NCBI RefSeq assembly: GCF_000143415.4
Contig: NW_003314421.1
Location: forward strand, 182,264-246,263
DNA length: 64,000 nt
From: Selaginella moellendorffii
Taxonomy: Eukaryota > Plantae > Lycopodiophyta
Direction of reading: 5' to 3'
The first letter of the stretch is position 1; each line of letters starts with the position of its first letter. A program made the position numbers and the translations under genes. Shown here one piece after another: positions 35,396-47,843 of this stretch. The notes below the pieces were generated by a model, which did no database searches, was not told the DNA's origin, and saw only the letters and a list, made by a program, of their open reading frames with translations.

Positions 35396-38300
35396 GAGCG
35401 GCTGTGAGTATATGGCAGGACAGCTTCAGGCTTATGGCCATCTAGGACTCTCCTCAGAGAGCTGATCTTTGGCTGATCAACACGTAAGTTCAGTATCAGA
35501 AGGCAGAATCTTAAGCTGGATCAACTTGTTGCTGCTGTCTTATTCGCAGGTGTACTGTGCAAGCTCCGACAATGGAAACACTGATACGTAAAGGCAAAGC
35601 GGCCTCTATTCCCTTGGTGGATAGCTGGATGGGTTCCTCAGGGTTTAAAAGATCTCGAAGCCATCAGCGTCATCGGAGTGCAGCAAATACAGCAGGGGAG
35701 ACTTTGAAAGGCCACGAGGCCTGGCTGCTTCGACGGGATGCTTTACCGTCTCTTGATTTGCCAAAAGTTTATAATCTCTTTTGCTGTTGTGTTTTCAGGT
35801 TCGTAAGAACAAGTTTGTCGAGATCATTCCTATCAACGTTGGCTGCTTGGGTGCTTGCACATACTGCAAGATGAAGCATGCTCGCGGGCATCTTGGCAGC
35901 TACACAGTAGACGCACTAGTAAGGACCTTCGCCAGTTTCTTTTCTCTGTTACTGAGCTTTATCTACAGGTGCAAAGATTGAAAACTGTGGTGTCTGAAGG
36001 TGTGAAGGAGATATGGCGACACTGGAGCTTGTTACATGACACACCTCACCACATGTCCATTAGGGTTTTCCTGTTCTGTCCGCTAGTGCAGTGCGCTTTA
36101 ATGGTATCGGAGCTGGGATAGCACTATGGAAGGAAAGCCATCCATCTGCAAGTTTGATGGAGAAGGGTTTGAGGGATTCAAGATCCATCTTGAATCTTAT
36201 CTCTTGTTTCATGGTTTGTTGGGGATTGTAGATGGGACAGAGTCATCACCGGCTCTAGGCTCTAGCACTGTTGAGGTGCGTGATTGGAACCTTCGGGATT
36301 CCAAGGCTAGAGGGAGTATTGCGATGTGCTTGTCCTCGAATGTTCTCTTTGCTGCCCCATTGATTCCAAAGTCCACTGTGGCAGAGCTTTGGAAGTGGCT
36401 GAGTGACACCTATGGCACCAAGAGTGAAATGGATGTCTTCAACATCCATTCACAAATGGATTCCTTGAGGCTAGAGGAAAATGGCAATATCCAGACTCAC
36501 ACTACCAAACTCCAGGGCTTCTTCACACAACTTGCGGCTGCTGGGGTGAAACACTGTCTCACAGATGAGCAGCAAAGGCTACAGCTCTACAGGTCCTTGC
36601 TAGCTAGCTGGAAGAATACAGTTGAGAGCCTGCTTCTCCAACCAAGGATGACTTGGGCAAATGCTGTGAGGAGTCTTCACAACATTGAGGCCATGCGAAG
36701 CGAGAGAGCTGAAATGCTACAGGCTATGTATGCTTTGCAGGCTTCTGGTGATGCCAAGGTGGCAAAACTGCATGCAGCTGCAAATGCCCAGAAAGGGCAA
36801 AATTCCATGGCATCTGGGCGTGCCAAGCCCAGACTTGCTAAGAATCAGTGTGCTTGCTGCTTGGAGATGGGCCACTGGGCTCAAGATTACCTTGCTCCCA
36901 AGCCTGTCAAGCGACTAGCTACGCTGGCAAAAGCCAATCTACTCGAGCGTGATGGAATTGCTACAGCAAATGAGGCTGCTGAGGAGCTCTACAACACAGA
37001 GCCAATTGCAGCACTAAGCCGGTGGCTCTTAGACTTTGGTTGTACTAATCTTATGAGCAATAAGAAGAGTCTTTTTGAGTGTTATCAGCCGAGCATTGGA
37101 AAACATAGTGTTCATTTAGGTGACAATACCACTATCCCCGTAGAAGGCATCGGGCAATTTTGGCTCTCACTTGATCATGGGAGGACCATAGCCTTTGATG
37201 GTGCCATGCACGTTTCCACCTTGTGACGAAACTTAATATCCGTCACCAAGATATGTGATCAAAATGCAATGGTAGTCTTTGATGCAAAGGGAGTCTCTTT
37301 GGTTGACTCTAGCAACTTTTATATGCTTGGGACAAAATTGCTTCGTGGGTCATGCATTGGGGACTTGTATAAGATTATTGCTACTGACCCGGTTCAGGCC
37401 TTTCAGACTGTGGAGGCAGATTCTTGTGCAGAGCTTTGGCATAAAAGACTTGGTCATATTCATTACCAATCTCTTCAACGGATGAAATCCCAAGATATTG
37501 TTACTGGATTGGATTTCTGACGTATCCCATCTACATTTTATGAAGCTTGCATTTTAGGCAAGCATTACCGTCAGAATTTCTCGCCGAGTAAGCATCGAGC
37601 ACTTAACTTCTAGACTTGGTCCATTCTGATCTTTGCGGCCCCATGGACGTGCCAAGTCACAATGGGGCAAGATATTTCATCACATTTATTGATGACTATA
37701 GCCGTCGAACATGCATCCACTTCTTGATGCGTAAAAGTGATGCAGTTGTTGCCTTTCAAACGTACAAGGCCTATGTTGAAAACCTTCTCTGTCGAAAGAT
37801 AAAAACTCTTCAAGTTGGTGGTGGTGGTGAATACCTCAACAATGATCTTCGGGGCATCTATCATGATGTAGGCATACAACTGCAAGCCACAGCCCGCTAC
37901 ACCCCCCAGCAAAATGGTGTTGCAGAAAGGAAGAATCGCACTCTTGTTAATGCTGCTCACACTTTGTTAGCTGATGCACATCTTGACAAGATGTTTTGGC
38001 AAGAGGCCATAGCCACAGCAATGCATGTACAAAATTGCCTTGCCACAGCTGCTTTGGATGGAAAAACCCTTGAGGCATTTTGGACAGGTTCTACTCCTAA
38101 TGTGTCCCACTTTCAAGTCTTCAGTTGTGCAGCATATGCACATACCCCTGATCAACTTCGGAAAAGCTAAATCCCAAAAGTAAAAAATTCATCTGGATAT
38201 GCACAGGACGACACCATCGGGAGAAAAGCTTACAAATTATGGGATCTTGCATCTCACAAGGCTCTTGTAAGCACAGATGTCATGTTCAATGAAGACGACT

Positions 38301-41300
38301 TTCCCATGCGTACAAAGGCTCTTCAAGATCCTTCTGTCATTGCTGAGACTTGATTTGTTCCTTTGATCCACTTATGGGAAATGGTCCACTCTTGCCTCCG
38401 CCTCAAGATCCTTCTTTCATTGCTGAGACTTGACTTGTTCCTTTGATCCACTTATGGGAGATGGTCCACTCTTGCCTCCACCTCAAGATCCTATTCATGA
38501 GTTGCCACTAGAGATTCCACTGGGGAATCCTCCACTTCTGGACATGCTTGAACCAGCTGATGCTCCTCCAGTCGAGGACAGGCCTCCAACACCTCCACCA
38601 CCTTGTCGACGTCGTGGCATGCCTAATCTGATGCCAGTTCTTGATCACCCCCGGGAACGTCAGCCCTCGTTGAAAGTCTGGGAAAATGCTGAAGCAGATG
38701 CTGCAGAGCTTGATGACTTTTGTGTCCTTGTTGACATCAGCATCCCCATGACCTATGATGAGGCCGTCTCAGGACCTGAGGCTTCATCTTGGATGGAAGC
38801 TATTGCGGAAGAAGTTTCTTCCATTCAGGTTAACGGAACTTATGTTCCAATTGATTCAGCGCCATTGGGATGACGTGTTTTGGATCCAAAATGGATTTTT
38901 TCCAAAAAGTATGGGAAAGATGGTCAGGTTGTATGTTATAAGGCACGGTTGGTTGTTCACGGTTTTCGCCAAGTCCATGGCCTTGACTACAATGAAACAT
39001 TCTCACCGGTTGTAAAAATGGCCAACCTCTGTACTCTTTTTGCACTTGCAGCTGCTCACAAATGGCAAGTCCACCATATGGACGTCAAAACTACATTTTT
39101 GAATGGGGATTTGCAAGAGGACATCTATATGCATATACCTCCTGGTTTTGAGGACGATGTTGCCCCTGGTGGCCCTATATGGCAATTGCAGAAAGCTTTG
39201 TCTGGCCTAAAACAGAGCTCCTGTATTTGGTATCAAAAATTTGATGCCACCCTACGCGCTCAAGGCTTTCGTCACTGTCATGCTGATCACAATGTGTATG
39301 TGAATGGTCATGTTGAGCACATGCTTATTGTGGCCCTCTATGTTGATGATTTGCTCATCATGGGTGATGACACCGATGCCATTGCTGCTCTGAAAGCTGC
39401 TCTCAGCCAGCAATTCCAGATGAAGGACCTTGGCCAAGTCTCCTACTTTCTTGGCTTTGAAGTCACACGTTGAGTCTGGTGGCTACATGCAGCCAACGAT
39501 GTAAAGTCGAAGTCTTGCTGGATCGGTTTGGTATGCGTGATTGCCACCCCGTCAAGACCCCGATGGTCGTTGGTGCTATCGACCTCACAGTTGAGCAGTC
39601 TGGTGAGCCTCTACCCACTGGGACTCCCTATCGGCATCTCATTGGTTGCCTCACATATTTGGCCTTGATGACTCGCCCCACATATGCTACTATTGCCTTG
39701 AGTCAATACAACACATCACCAACCACCATACATTGGCAAGCTGCCAAGCGTATCGTGAAATACCCCCAGGGCACTATGGACTATGGCATTGCTTATTCAA
39801 GGGGTGATGCTTCATTGGCATGCTACACAGATGCTAGTTTTGCCAACAACAAAGGTCATCGCTCAACTTCTGGCATTTGCCTTTCCTTCTCAGGAGGTGC
39901 CATCACGTGGGCCTCCAAGCAACAATCTGTAGTGGCCCTTTCTAGTGCAGAAGCAGAGTACATCGCACTCACTATTGGTAGCAGGGACGTGGTCTGGGCT
40001 CAAGGGTTACTTGCTGAGCTGGGATGTGCATAAGCTGGCCCCACTACTTCTTGGTGTGACAACTGAAGCAACATTGCCATGTCTAAGAACCCTGTCCACC
40101 ATGCCCACTCGAAGCACATTGAAGTCCAATTTCACTACGTGCGTGAGTTGGTTGACGGTGGCACCCTGGCCGTCCAACATCTCAGGATACAGGACATGCC
40201 AGCCGATCTTCTCACCAAGCCGTTGGGGCCACACCAGTTTCAGCTCCTACGCGACAGATTTGGTTTGGTGAGTGGCTCCGGTTTGGGGGGGAGTGTTACA
40301 CGACACACCTCACCACGAGTTCATTAGGGTTTTCCTGTTCTGTAGTGCGCTTTGATCCCGATTTGTCTCAGAGCTTACGGTTATGGTTATCTGTTTCAAG
40401 CTAGCATTTTTTATTTACTTTTTTCTTTCTTTGCACTACAGGACGAGACATTGGAGCAAATATACCAGTGCTTCTACGTGCTTTAGTTGCCGCGCTTCCT
40501 CATAGACAGAAGTACAATGCTCCGAATCTACATCTTACAGCCTCTGGAGGAAATGGCTGTCACCCCTGCGTGTATTCGTTCCTTCATGTTCTGGTTCAAT
40601 CTGGAAGGGACTCGGTGTTGGAGGTACCGATGTTCTGGGTGATTGTTTTGTCTCTATAAGCCGTTTTCTGTGTTCTTCAGGGCATGAAGAGAGAGTACAC
40701 GTTTGCCGAGTTTAGAAAAACTAGTCCCGAAGATTCATATCGCTACAGATATTATCTGTGGATTTCCAGGTACACTCGCATGCATGAAAAAGATTGTATC
40801 TTATTGAGTTTTTATCCTTGTCAGGAGAAACATCAGAGGATTTTGACAGGATCATGGAACTAATACGAGAGTACACGTTCCCACAGGTCCACATATCACA
40901 GTTTTACCCTCGACCAGGTAGGTAATCTCTGTACATGCTGCTGAATGGTTCTCACTGTCACTAGTGTTTATCCTGTCAATAGTGTTTATCCTTAGACAGG
41001 AACACCGGCGGCTCTAATGAAACGGGTTCCAACGCTCGAAGTGAAGAAACGAAGCCGTTCCTTGACAAGTCTGTTCGAATCGTTCACTCCTTACGCAGGA
41101 ATGGAGGTAAAACGTACCGAGTCTGGGTCACAACACTGCTGCTGATGGAATTCATCTGGTATTCTTTCTTTTGTTCTACGTCTCTGCAGGTTGGCCTGTG
41201 TACAAGTTCTACTTCCAGCTGTACCGGGCCTTCTTGGAAGCAAGTTAATGTGAAGATTACGTCTGTCGGAAGATGGTCTGTGACTGGCGAGTGGCGAACC

Positions 41301-41500
41301 AGATTCCACTCCTGGAGACGATGCTGAGAAAGTCGGATGCAAGCAGCGGTAAGGAATGCGATCCTCGGGGAGTTCCTGAGAAAGAGATCCAGAGTCCGGG
41401 CATCACATTTTCGTTTGTTGAAATTCACCAGGATCAGAAGCGGTGGGCTCTGTGGTCACTCTTGTGGCTTTCTTTACACACTCCAGAAGAAAACAAGCTC
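35396..41500 (+). pseudogene. CDKAL1: Threonylcarbamoyladenosine tRNA methylthiotransferase (CDKAL1/MtaB) pseudogene with introns, interrupted by copia
   Basis: [57 protein letters not shown] (radical SAM CxxxCxxC), DTGA|YGRDIG split by the insertion, [38 protein letters not shown]; small deletions and frameshifts. Confidence 0.92.
36030..40370 (+). mobile_element. Complete but mutated Ty1/copia retrotransposon with very short LTRs and a GAGCT TSD
   Basis: TSD 36025-36029 and 40371-40375; LTRs 36030-36101 and 40294-40370; PBS TGGTATCGGAGC 36102-36113; PPT before 40294; gag-protease (WLLDFGCT), integrase (VHSDLCGP, QNGVAERKNR), RT and RNase H (SSAEAEY, KHIEVQFHYVRE). Confidence 0.96.
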
Positions 41501-41577
41501 AAGGACGAGTCTGTGCAACGCTCGCACAAACTCGACTGGGCACAACTGGGAGCTCCAACCAGAGTCCAATCTCCGCT

Positions 41578-42960
41578 ATCCCAGACGAGGTGTCTTTATG
41601 TCAATGACGGCGAGAGACTTATCTTCATCAAGACAAGTTTGCAAGCACTGGTACGCTCTGTGTTCATCAGACTGTCTGTGGGAGAAATTCGTCGGCTCAA
41701 GTCAAGCCAACTTACCAAGGTACGTGCCTCCTGACTATACTATTTTCTGGAAATTTTGTTTTCCTTGCTTAAACGTTGAATTTTGCAGATGGCTGGTGCA
41801 TAAGCACAGCACGCTACTGTCGTCTCGAAGCACTCGCGTTTTATATTTCACGAACAGATACACGTTTCTGATTCAAGCCTTGGATGCATGGTGGGAACAC
41901 GGGATTTATAGCTCCTCTAAGCTGTGTCCTCTTATACGAGAGCTTACGCTGCGCAACTGGTGCGTATTCTATGAAGTGCTAAGCTCCGCTTTTGCGAATC
42001 GTGCAGATTTCCTATCTGCCTCACTTCTGCCAAAGCTTCACGGCAGATTGAATCTGTACGACCTGGAAGGTGTGTTTGGATGACGGAGTCACTGGGATGA
42101 AAATCTGGAAGGTGCTGCGTGACCTCTGGCAGCGTTATATCTCATGGCTGAAAGTTTGCCTTCACTGCTCGGACCTGAATTATGCAGTCCGACTCGAGAG
42201 AGTCTGGTAAGTGGCATTCCCGCTGGCTGTTGGCTTTACTTGTCGAGATTGCAGTGCTGTTGAGACTCCGAAGCTTTACGATAAGGGAGTCATCTGTTTC
42301 AGGTACTTGTTTTTCTTGTTTTTGCAATGTCTGAAATGAGTTTTGCTGTTGAGGAAGGAGTCAAGTGCTCCTCAGCTATGGCCTGCGAACAGCGCTTCAA
42401 GCAGGACTGTCTTGGCTGTCAGCAAAAGAAACTGAAAGTACAGCGTTGGAACAAGACATGGAACTGTTATGCGCATTGCATCACTTACTATAGGTACTGA
42501 AGTGCTCGCAATCTTCAGATTTTTCTGACGTATGTGATTCGTGCAGGAGCTTGATGTGGCTGATGATTTCACACTTCCACATCACAGTCTTACGCGAGCA
42601 AAACTCAGAAGATGTTTTCTGGATGGAGAGTCCGAGCGGGTTTGTGGTGTCTTCACTCACGGGTTTGACAGCTGAGGTGTTGCAGATCAACAAAGCTTGA
42701 AGTTTATACCGAGCGGAGTGAAGTCTATGCTCGCACAACCTTTTGCGGATAACAGCGGAGGCATGCTGGTGGTTTCTCACTATCCAAGAGGATATAACAA
42801 CATCAAGCATAGAACCTGGGTGCAGTGCATTGCCGATAAGATTGCAGCTGTTTTCTGAATGTATTTTTCATTTCAACGATTATAAGTCAGTCTCCCATTG
42901 GGTATGTATACAGTTTTCTTCAGATTGAAGTATTTAGAGGTGGCAAATAGTTCTTGCAGA
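41578..42960 (+). pseudogene. F-box-containing gene fragment (spliced, probably degenerate)
   Basis: VFMSMTARDLSSSRQVCKHWYALCSSDCLWEKF resembles an F-box motif; several GT-AG introns follow; boundaries approximate. Confidence 0.5.
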
Positions 42961-42999
42961 TGGAGCAAAGAGTTGGCGGGGGTGGATTGTGGCTCTGGC

Positions 43000-44915
43000 T
43001 GTAACAAACAAGGGAGCAAAAGCCTAAACCACCCTACCATAGGTCACTATATATAGTAAACCACCCCCAGGCTCTTAAGGATCATAACATTCTCCCCTCC
43101 CTCTCTCTAGACCCTTAATATCCATGAGCTTAAACGAAGCACATAGCTCAAAACAGAGCTAACCAATGGATCTAAAGAATGAAGACTCAAGTTCGGAGTA
43201 CATAGCTCAATACGGAGCTAACTTCATTCAAGGAAGGTCTAATGCACATGAAGCTTTTCTCGAAGTACAAAAACTCAAAAGACTTCATTGCCAACGAATC
43301 TACTCTCTCCCCTTCCTCAAGAAGAGTATTCGTCATCATCAGGAATATCGTCCAGATCATAATCAAACTCCGGAAAAGTTGACTTGAACTGAGATTGTTT
43401 GGCCATCAGATTGAGGATGATCACTGCTGCACATACTCAACGTGGTATTGAGTTGCTTAAACACATCTTGCCAGAACCTGCTCGTAAACTTTGGATCGCG
43501 ATTGCTTACTATATCCTCTGGCAAACCAAACGGCCTATACAACTCTTGGATAAAGAGTTGAGCCAAGTCAGAAGTCTTTACAGTTTGCTTAGTAGCAATG
43601 AAGTGGGTCATCTTCGTCAATCTGTCCACCACCACCCACGCTGAATCATTCTTCCTTTGACTCTTGGGTAGCCCCACCACAAAATCCATGGAAATTCTCT
43701 CCCATTTTCCACTGGGTACATTCAGAGGTTGTAAAACCAGCGGGCTTCTGACGATCAGCCTTGACTGCTTGACAAGTCAAACATTCTCGTATGTACTTTT
43801 CCACATCTGATTTCATACCAGGCCAAAAGAAATGTCTCTTAACCAACTCAAACGTCCTCTGAATTCCTGGATGTCCTGAGGAAAGTGTAGAGTGACACTC
43901 TGACAAAATTGGGAAGAGAAGAGAGCTCACTCGAGGAACCACAACCCGGTTCTTCTTCCACAACACCCCATCCTCCATCCTATACGAAGCAAACTTTTCT
44001 CACTGGAAGACACCATCAGATTTCTTAGAAGAAGCGTCCCTCTTCAATACATGTGCTAGCACCTCTTTTACAAAGGAGTCGAAATCATAAGCCTCCTTGA
44101 TCTCTTCCAGAAGTTTACTTGAGAGTCTTGTGATCGTTACTGAATTCACAAGCCTCGATAGAGCATCAGCCACCTGATTATCTCTACCTCTCTTATATCG
44201 GATCTCCATGTTGAACTCTTGCAAAAACTCTTGCCAACGAGCCAACCTGCCTCAGAGATCGGTCTGCTTCAGAAAATGTTGCAACGTCTGATGATCCGAG
44301 TATGCTACACTGAAGTCAGCACCATACAAATAATGCCTCCACTCCTTGGTGGCACAAACGACCGCATATAACTCTCGATCTCTAGCCGGCCAATCTAGCT
44401 GAGTACTATCAAACTTGCGACTCAAGAAAGCAACGGGACGGCCTTCTTGCAGCAGCAGAACAGCTCCCAGCGCCACATCACTAGCATCACACTCCACTAC
44501 AAACGGCTTCATTGGATCCACTATCTGAAGCACTGGAGTTGTAGCACACCGATGCTTGAGCTGTTCGAAAGCATGTTCACAACGATCGCTCCACTTGATT
44601 GTTGCATGCTTAGTAGTATTTTGAAGTAGATCTGTTAGAGGAGCAGCCACCTCTGCATAGTGATCTATAAACTTTCTGAACACACCAGCCATTCCAAGGA
44701 AACTCCTAAGGTCATGCACCATAGTGGGAACAGGCCAATTCACTACCACCTCAACCTTCTTCGGATCAATCCTAACACCATTAGCTGAGATCAAATTCCC
44801 CAGGTAAGCAATCCCCTCAAGGAAGAACTCACACTTAGATGCCTTGGAATAAAGCTTGTGCTCTCAAGCTTCTCTAACACCGAAGTCAAATGCCACTCAT
44901 GCTCCTCAGCGCCTG
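43000..44915 (-). mobile_element. Ty3/gypsy 3' part: RT C-terminus, RNase H, integrase, PPT and a ~90-bp LTR (43000-43089)
   Basis: IDPKKVEVV.NWPVP, PFVVECDAS, RELYAVV, SDHQTL, HPG..RT, MDFVVGLP, VVVDRLTK, HPQSDGQT; PPT gggaggggagaa next to a TG...CA LTR. Confidence 0.9.
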
Positions 44916-46031
44916 TGACTGACGTGCAGTCTGCTACCTGGAAAGATTCGTTTGTAAGGTTCTCAACTGGCGTACTCAGCTGTGTGACTTCGACCTGACA
45001 AATGTCTGTACTTTTCCGTCATCTTTGTTTCCTTCTCGAGACTCATCCTTCTTTCCTTCCCGAAACTCATCATCCTCAGTGAAACCACTCTCCTTTGCAT
45101 TTGCATGCCCCTTATTCTCTCTGAATGATCCTCCAGCCTTGAAGTACGATCCAATGGCCTTGTGTTTAAAATTCAGAGGAACGGTCAAGGGTGTGTTGTC
45201 TATGAGATCTTGTTTCCCTTGTTTTGGTTTTCCTTGCCTAGGCTTCCCCTCTTTGACCTTTCTCCTTTGTGGCTGCTTTCCTGAGTTCTCTTCTCTTTTT
45301 CTTTTTCCTCTGTCAGCGTCGGTCGCCAACCTTCTTCTTCGCATATTTTGCAGGATTATTTAGCCTCTATTTCAATCACAACAACTTCAGGAATTTCCAA
45401 CCCCTCTGCAACACCGGTTGGCCGTCGCAGTGTGAGCGCCGCTTGCAGTATAGGCGCCCATACCCTCCTGATTGTTTGAACCAACAACAAGTTCCTTCAT
45501 GACCTTCTCACTGTGCGCGCTCCCCGCATGATCGTTTGAACCAACAAGAAGTTCCTTTCCAACCTTCTTACTGCGCACGCCACTCGCAGTGTCTCTATTC
45601 CCGTCTGATAGTGATGCATCAGCTTTCTTAAAAAGAACTTTCACAACTGTCCTTTTGGCCGCCGGAACGTCACAGTGAATCTGTTTCACGGAAGGATGAA
45701 TTTTGTTATTTGGCTTGTTTTCTGTTGAGGAAATTAAGTTCATACAACATTATTAGTTTTTCTTACCTTCTTTATCTCTTCTTCTAGGCCTGTCGTTCTT
45801 TTTTTTGGAACGGATTTCACCCTTTTGTGCTTTTCTTGCCGGTTGGTCATCATCCTCTTCCTCTTCCGCATCTTCTTCCTCGGCAGCATCCTCAAAGAGG
45901 CAATTTTCTTTCCTTTTTTATCTACTTTTGCAGGGGGATCTTTTTCGTCCTCCTCAGCCTCCTCCTCCTCCTCGTCCTCGTCCTCCTCCACTTCATCCTT
46001 CTCCTCTTCATCATCATCTTCTTCGTCTTCC
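44915..46031 (-). pseudogene. Acidic/lysine-rich host or unknown gene fragment (inverted duplicate of 55698-56815)
   Basis: E/D-rich then K-rich coding-like sequence with frameshifts; no family recognised. Confidence 0.45.
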
Positions 46032-47816
46032 CCTCGGGCCTCCTCCCTGCTGGTCAAGAGACCATCCCGTGCTTCCTTGACTTCAAATGAGAAGAAGCTC
46101 TTCACTCCTCGTTTCCATACTGCTGGGTCCCAATCCAGATCCTCAATGAGTTGTTGTCGCCACCATTTGAGAATGTCATCCCCCTCTAGTGTGGCCATCG
46201 ATTGAACTACCACCACCTGCCTCGGAGCCTGTTGTACCACTCAAATCCTGCCCTTGACTTCGTCGTCTGTCACCATCGGCATGGCCTGTTCGTCTCCTGC
46301 TGGCAGCAGCATGTCACCTCTCATAACCCAAAAAGGACACTTGACATTTTGTTTGGGAGACACAACAAACCACACCTCCACATCGCCATCCTCCCAAGTT
46401 GGTGTAGGTGCCCGTAAACACCCATGTGCAGGCCCCCAAGCTAACTCATTCCCTGCCTAGCTCCACGTCCCGTTGCAGGCCACAAAGTCTCCAGGTTTGA
46501 GACAGTGCCTAGGCTAGAGCTGCCCCTTCTTCACTCACTCACCGCTCTGATGATGCGAAGAAGATTAAGGTGGACTTTCCTCCACCGTCCTGGGTCAAAG
46601 ACCTACATTCGCCTCGTAGTCTTCCTCCTATCCTTGTCCAGAACTCCCACCAGTTGCTTGAGAGTTCGAAAGCCTTCGCCATGCAGCTTTCTCTAGATTG
46701 TGTAGTGGTCTTCCTTGCCCAACGTCCTGTCATCCACTTTGAAGAGGTTGTTGAAGAATAGGGGCTGGTTCAGCCAGTCCTCCGCTCGCCCCGGCATTTC
46801 CCTACTGACTAGAAACTCGCTCCATAGCCTGAGGAACCCTTGAACCAGTGTGCCACCCTTGACTACTTGCTTTGGCCCTTCAACAAAAAGCCAACGTGGA
46901 TCCTCCTCCCATGGTCTTGCAATGTTGTGCCTAGGCCGGATTGCCAACAAGCTCTGCCTGAACATGAGTCTCCAAGGTTGGTTACCTGGTTGAAGGCCGA
47001 TGAGGAGGATTTTATACTGCAGCACCTTTGCCATGTCACTTGGATTGATAACTCCAAGTCCTCCTAAGACTCGCGGGCATGCTGTAGATTGCCACGCGAC
47101 CTTGGCCATGCTCCTCCTTGTGACCAGTGCGCCCCGCCACAAATACTAATGAACCATCGTGCGTACCTTTCTAAGAGTGCATTCTGGGACAGGCCAGATT
47201 GAGAGGTGGTACCAGATGTTGGGCAAAATGATGCTCCTGGCTACTACCACTCTTGCTGGAAAACCGAGTTTCTGGGGAGCCCACTTCTGGATTGACGTTC
47301 GTACCCGTCAAAGCAAGGTGTCATCCTGAAGTGCTGCACTGAACTGAGTACCAACCTGAATCCCCAAGTACCAAGTGTCCTCTCCTGGTTTGAACCACTG
47401 GAAGCCGATGTCCTGCCCCCAAGATTCAATTCCTGGCCGCCCCCAACACTGATTTGTTCCAGTTAATTGATGTGCCAGCCGCGAGGTTGAAAGTCTCCAA
47501 CACCTTCTTAGCTGCATCCAGGTTCTCCTTAGTCGCGAGTAGGAACAAGGCAGTGTCATCTACAAATGCTCCATCCAGGAGTTCCCGAGTCACCCTTGTG
47601 GTTCCTAGAAGTCACTACTCGCCACTTGTGCTCATTTTGTGTGTTCAGCAACATCCTATGTGCCTCTACCTGGCCAGTCTCAGGTCCTTCATCGCCCCTC
47701 CTTTGAGATCCTTCTGGCGCGCCTAGAGCTTCTGTGAGCAAGACAAGAGCACTGGGATCGGCCCCATCTTGTTCTGCGCAAGAGCGTCGTGTATAAGCCC
47801 GATCGGTCTCACATCA
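46032..47816 (-). mobile_element. LINE ORF2 fragment with internal deletion
   Basis: FVDDT, MAKVAWQS...LGGLGV, WLNQPLFFN and WWRQQLIEDLDWDP match the full-length LINE. Confidence 0.85.
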
Positions 47817-47843
47817 TTTAGGGTTTAGGGTTTAGGGTTTAGG
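47817..47843 (+). repeat. Interstitial telomeric repeat (TTTAGGG) ~4 units
   Basis: tttagggtttagggtttagggtttagg between oppositely oriented LINE fragments. Confidence 0.95.
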
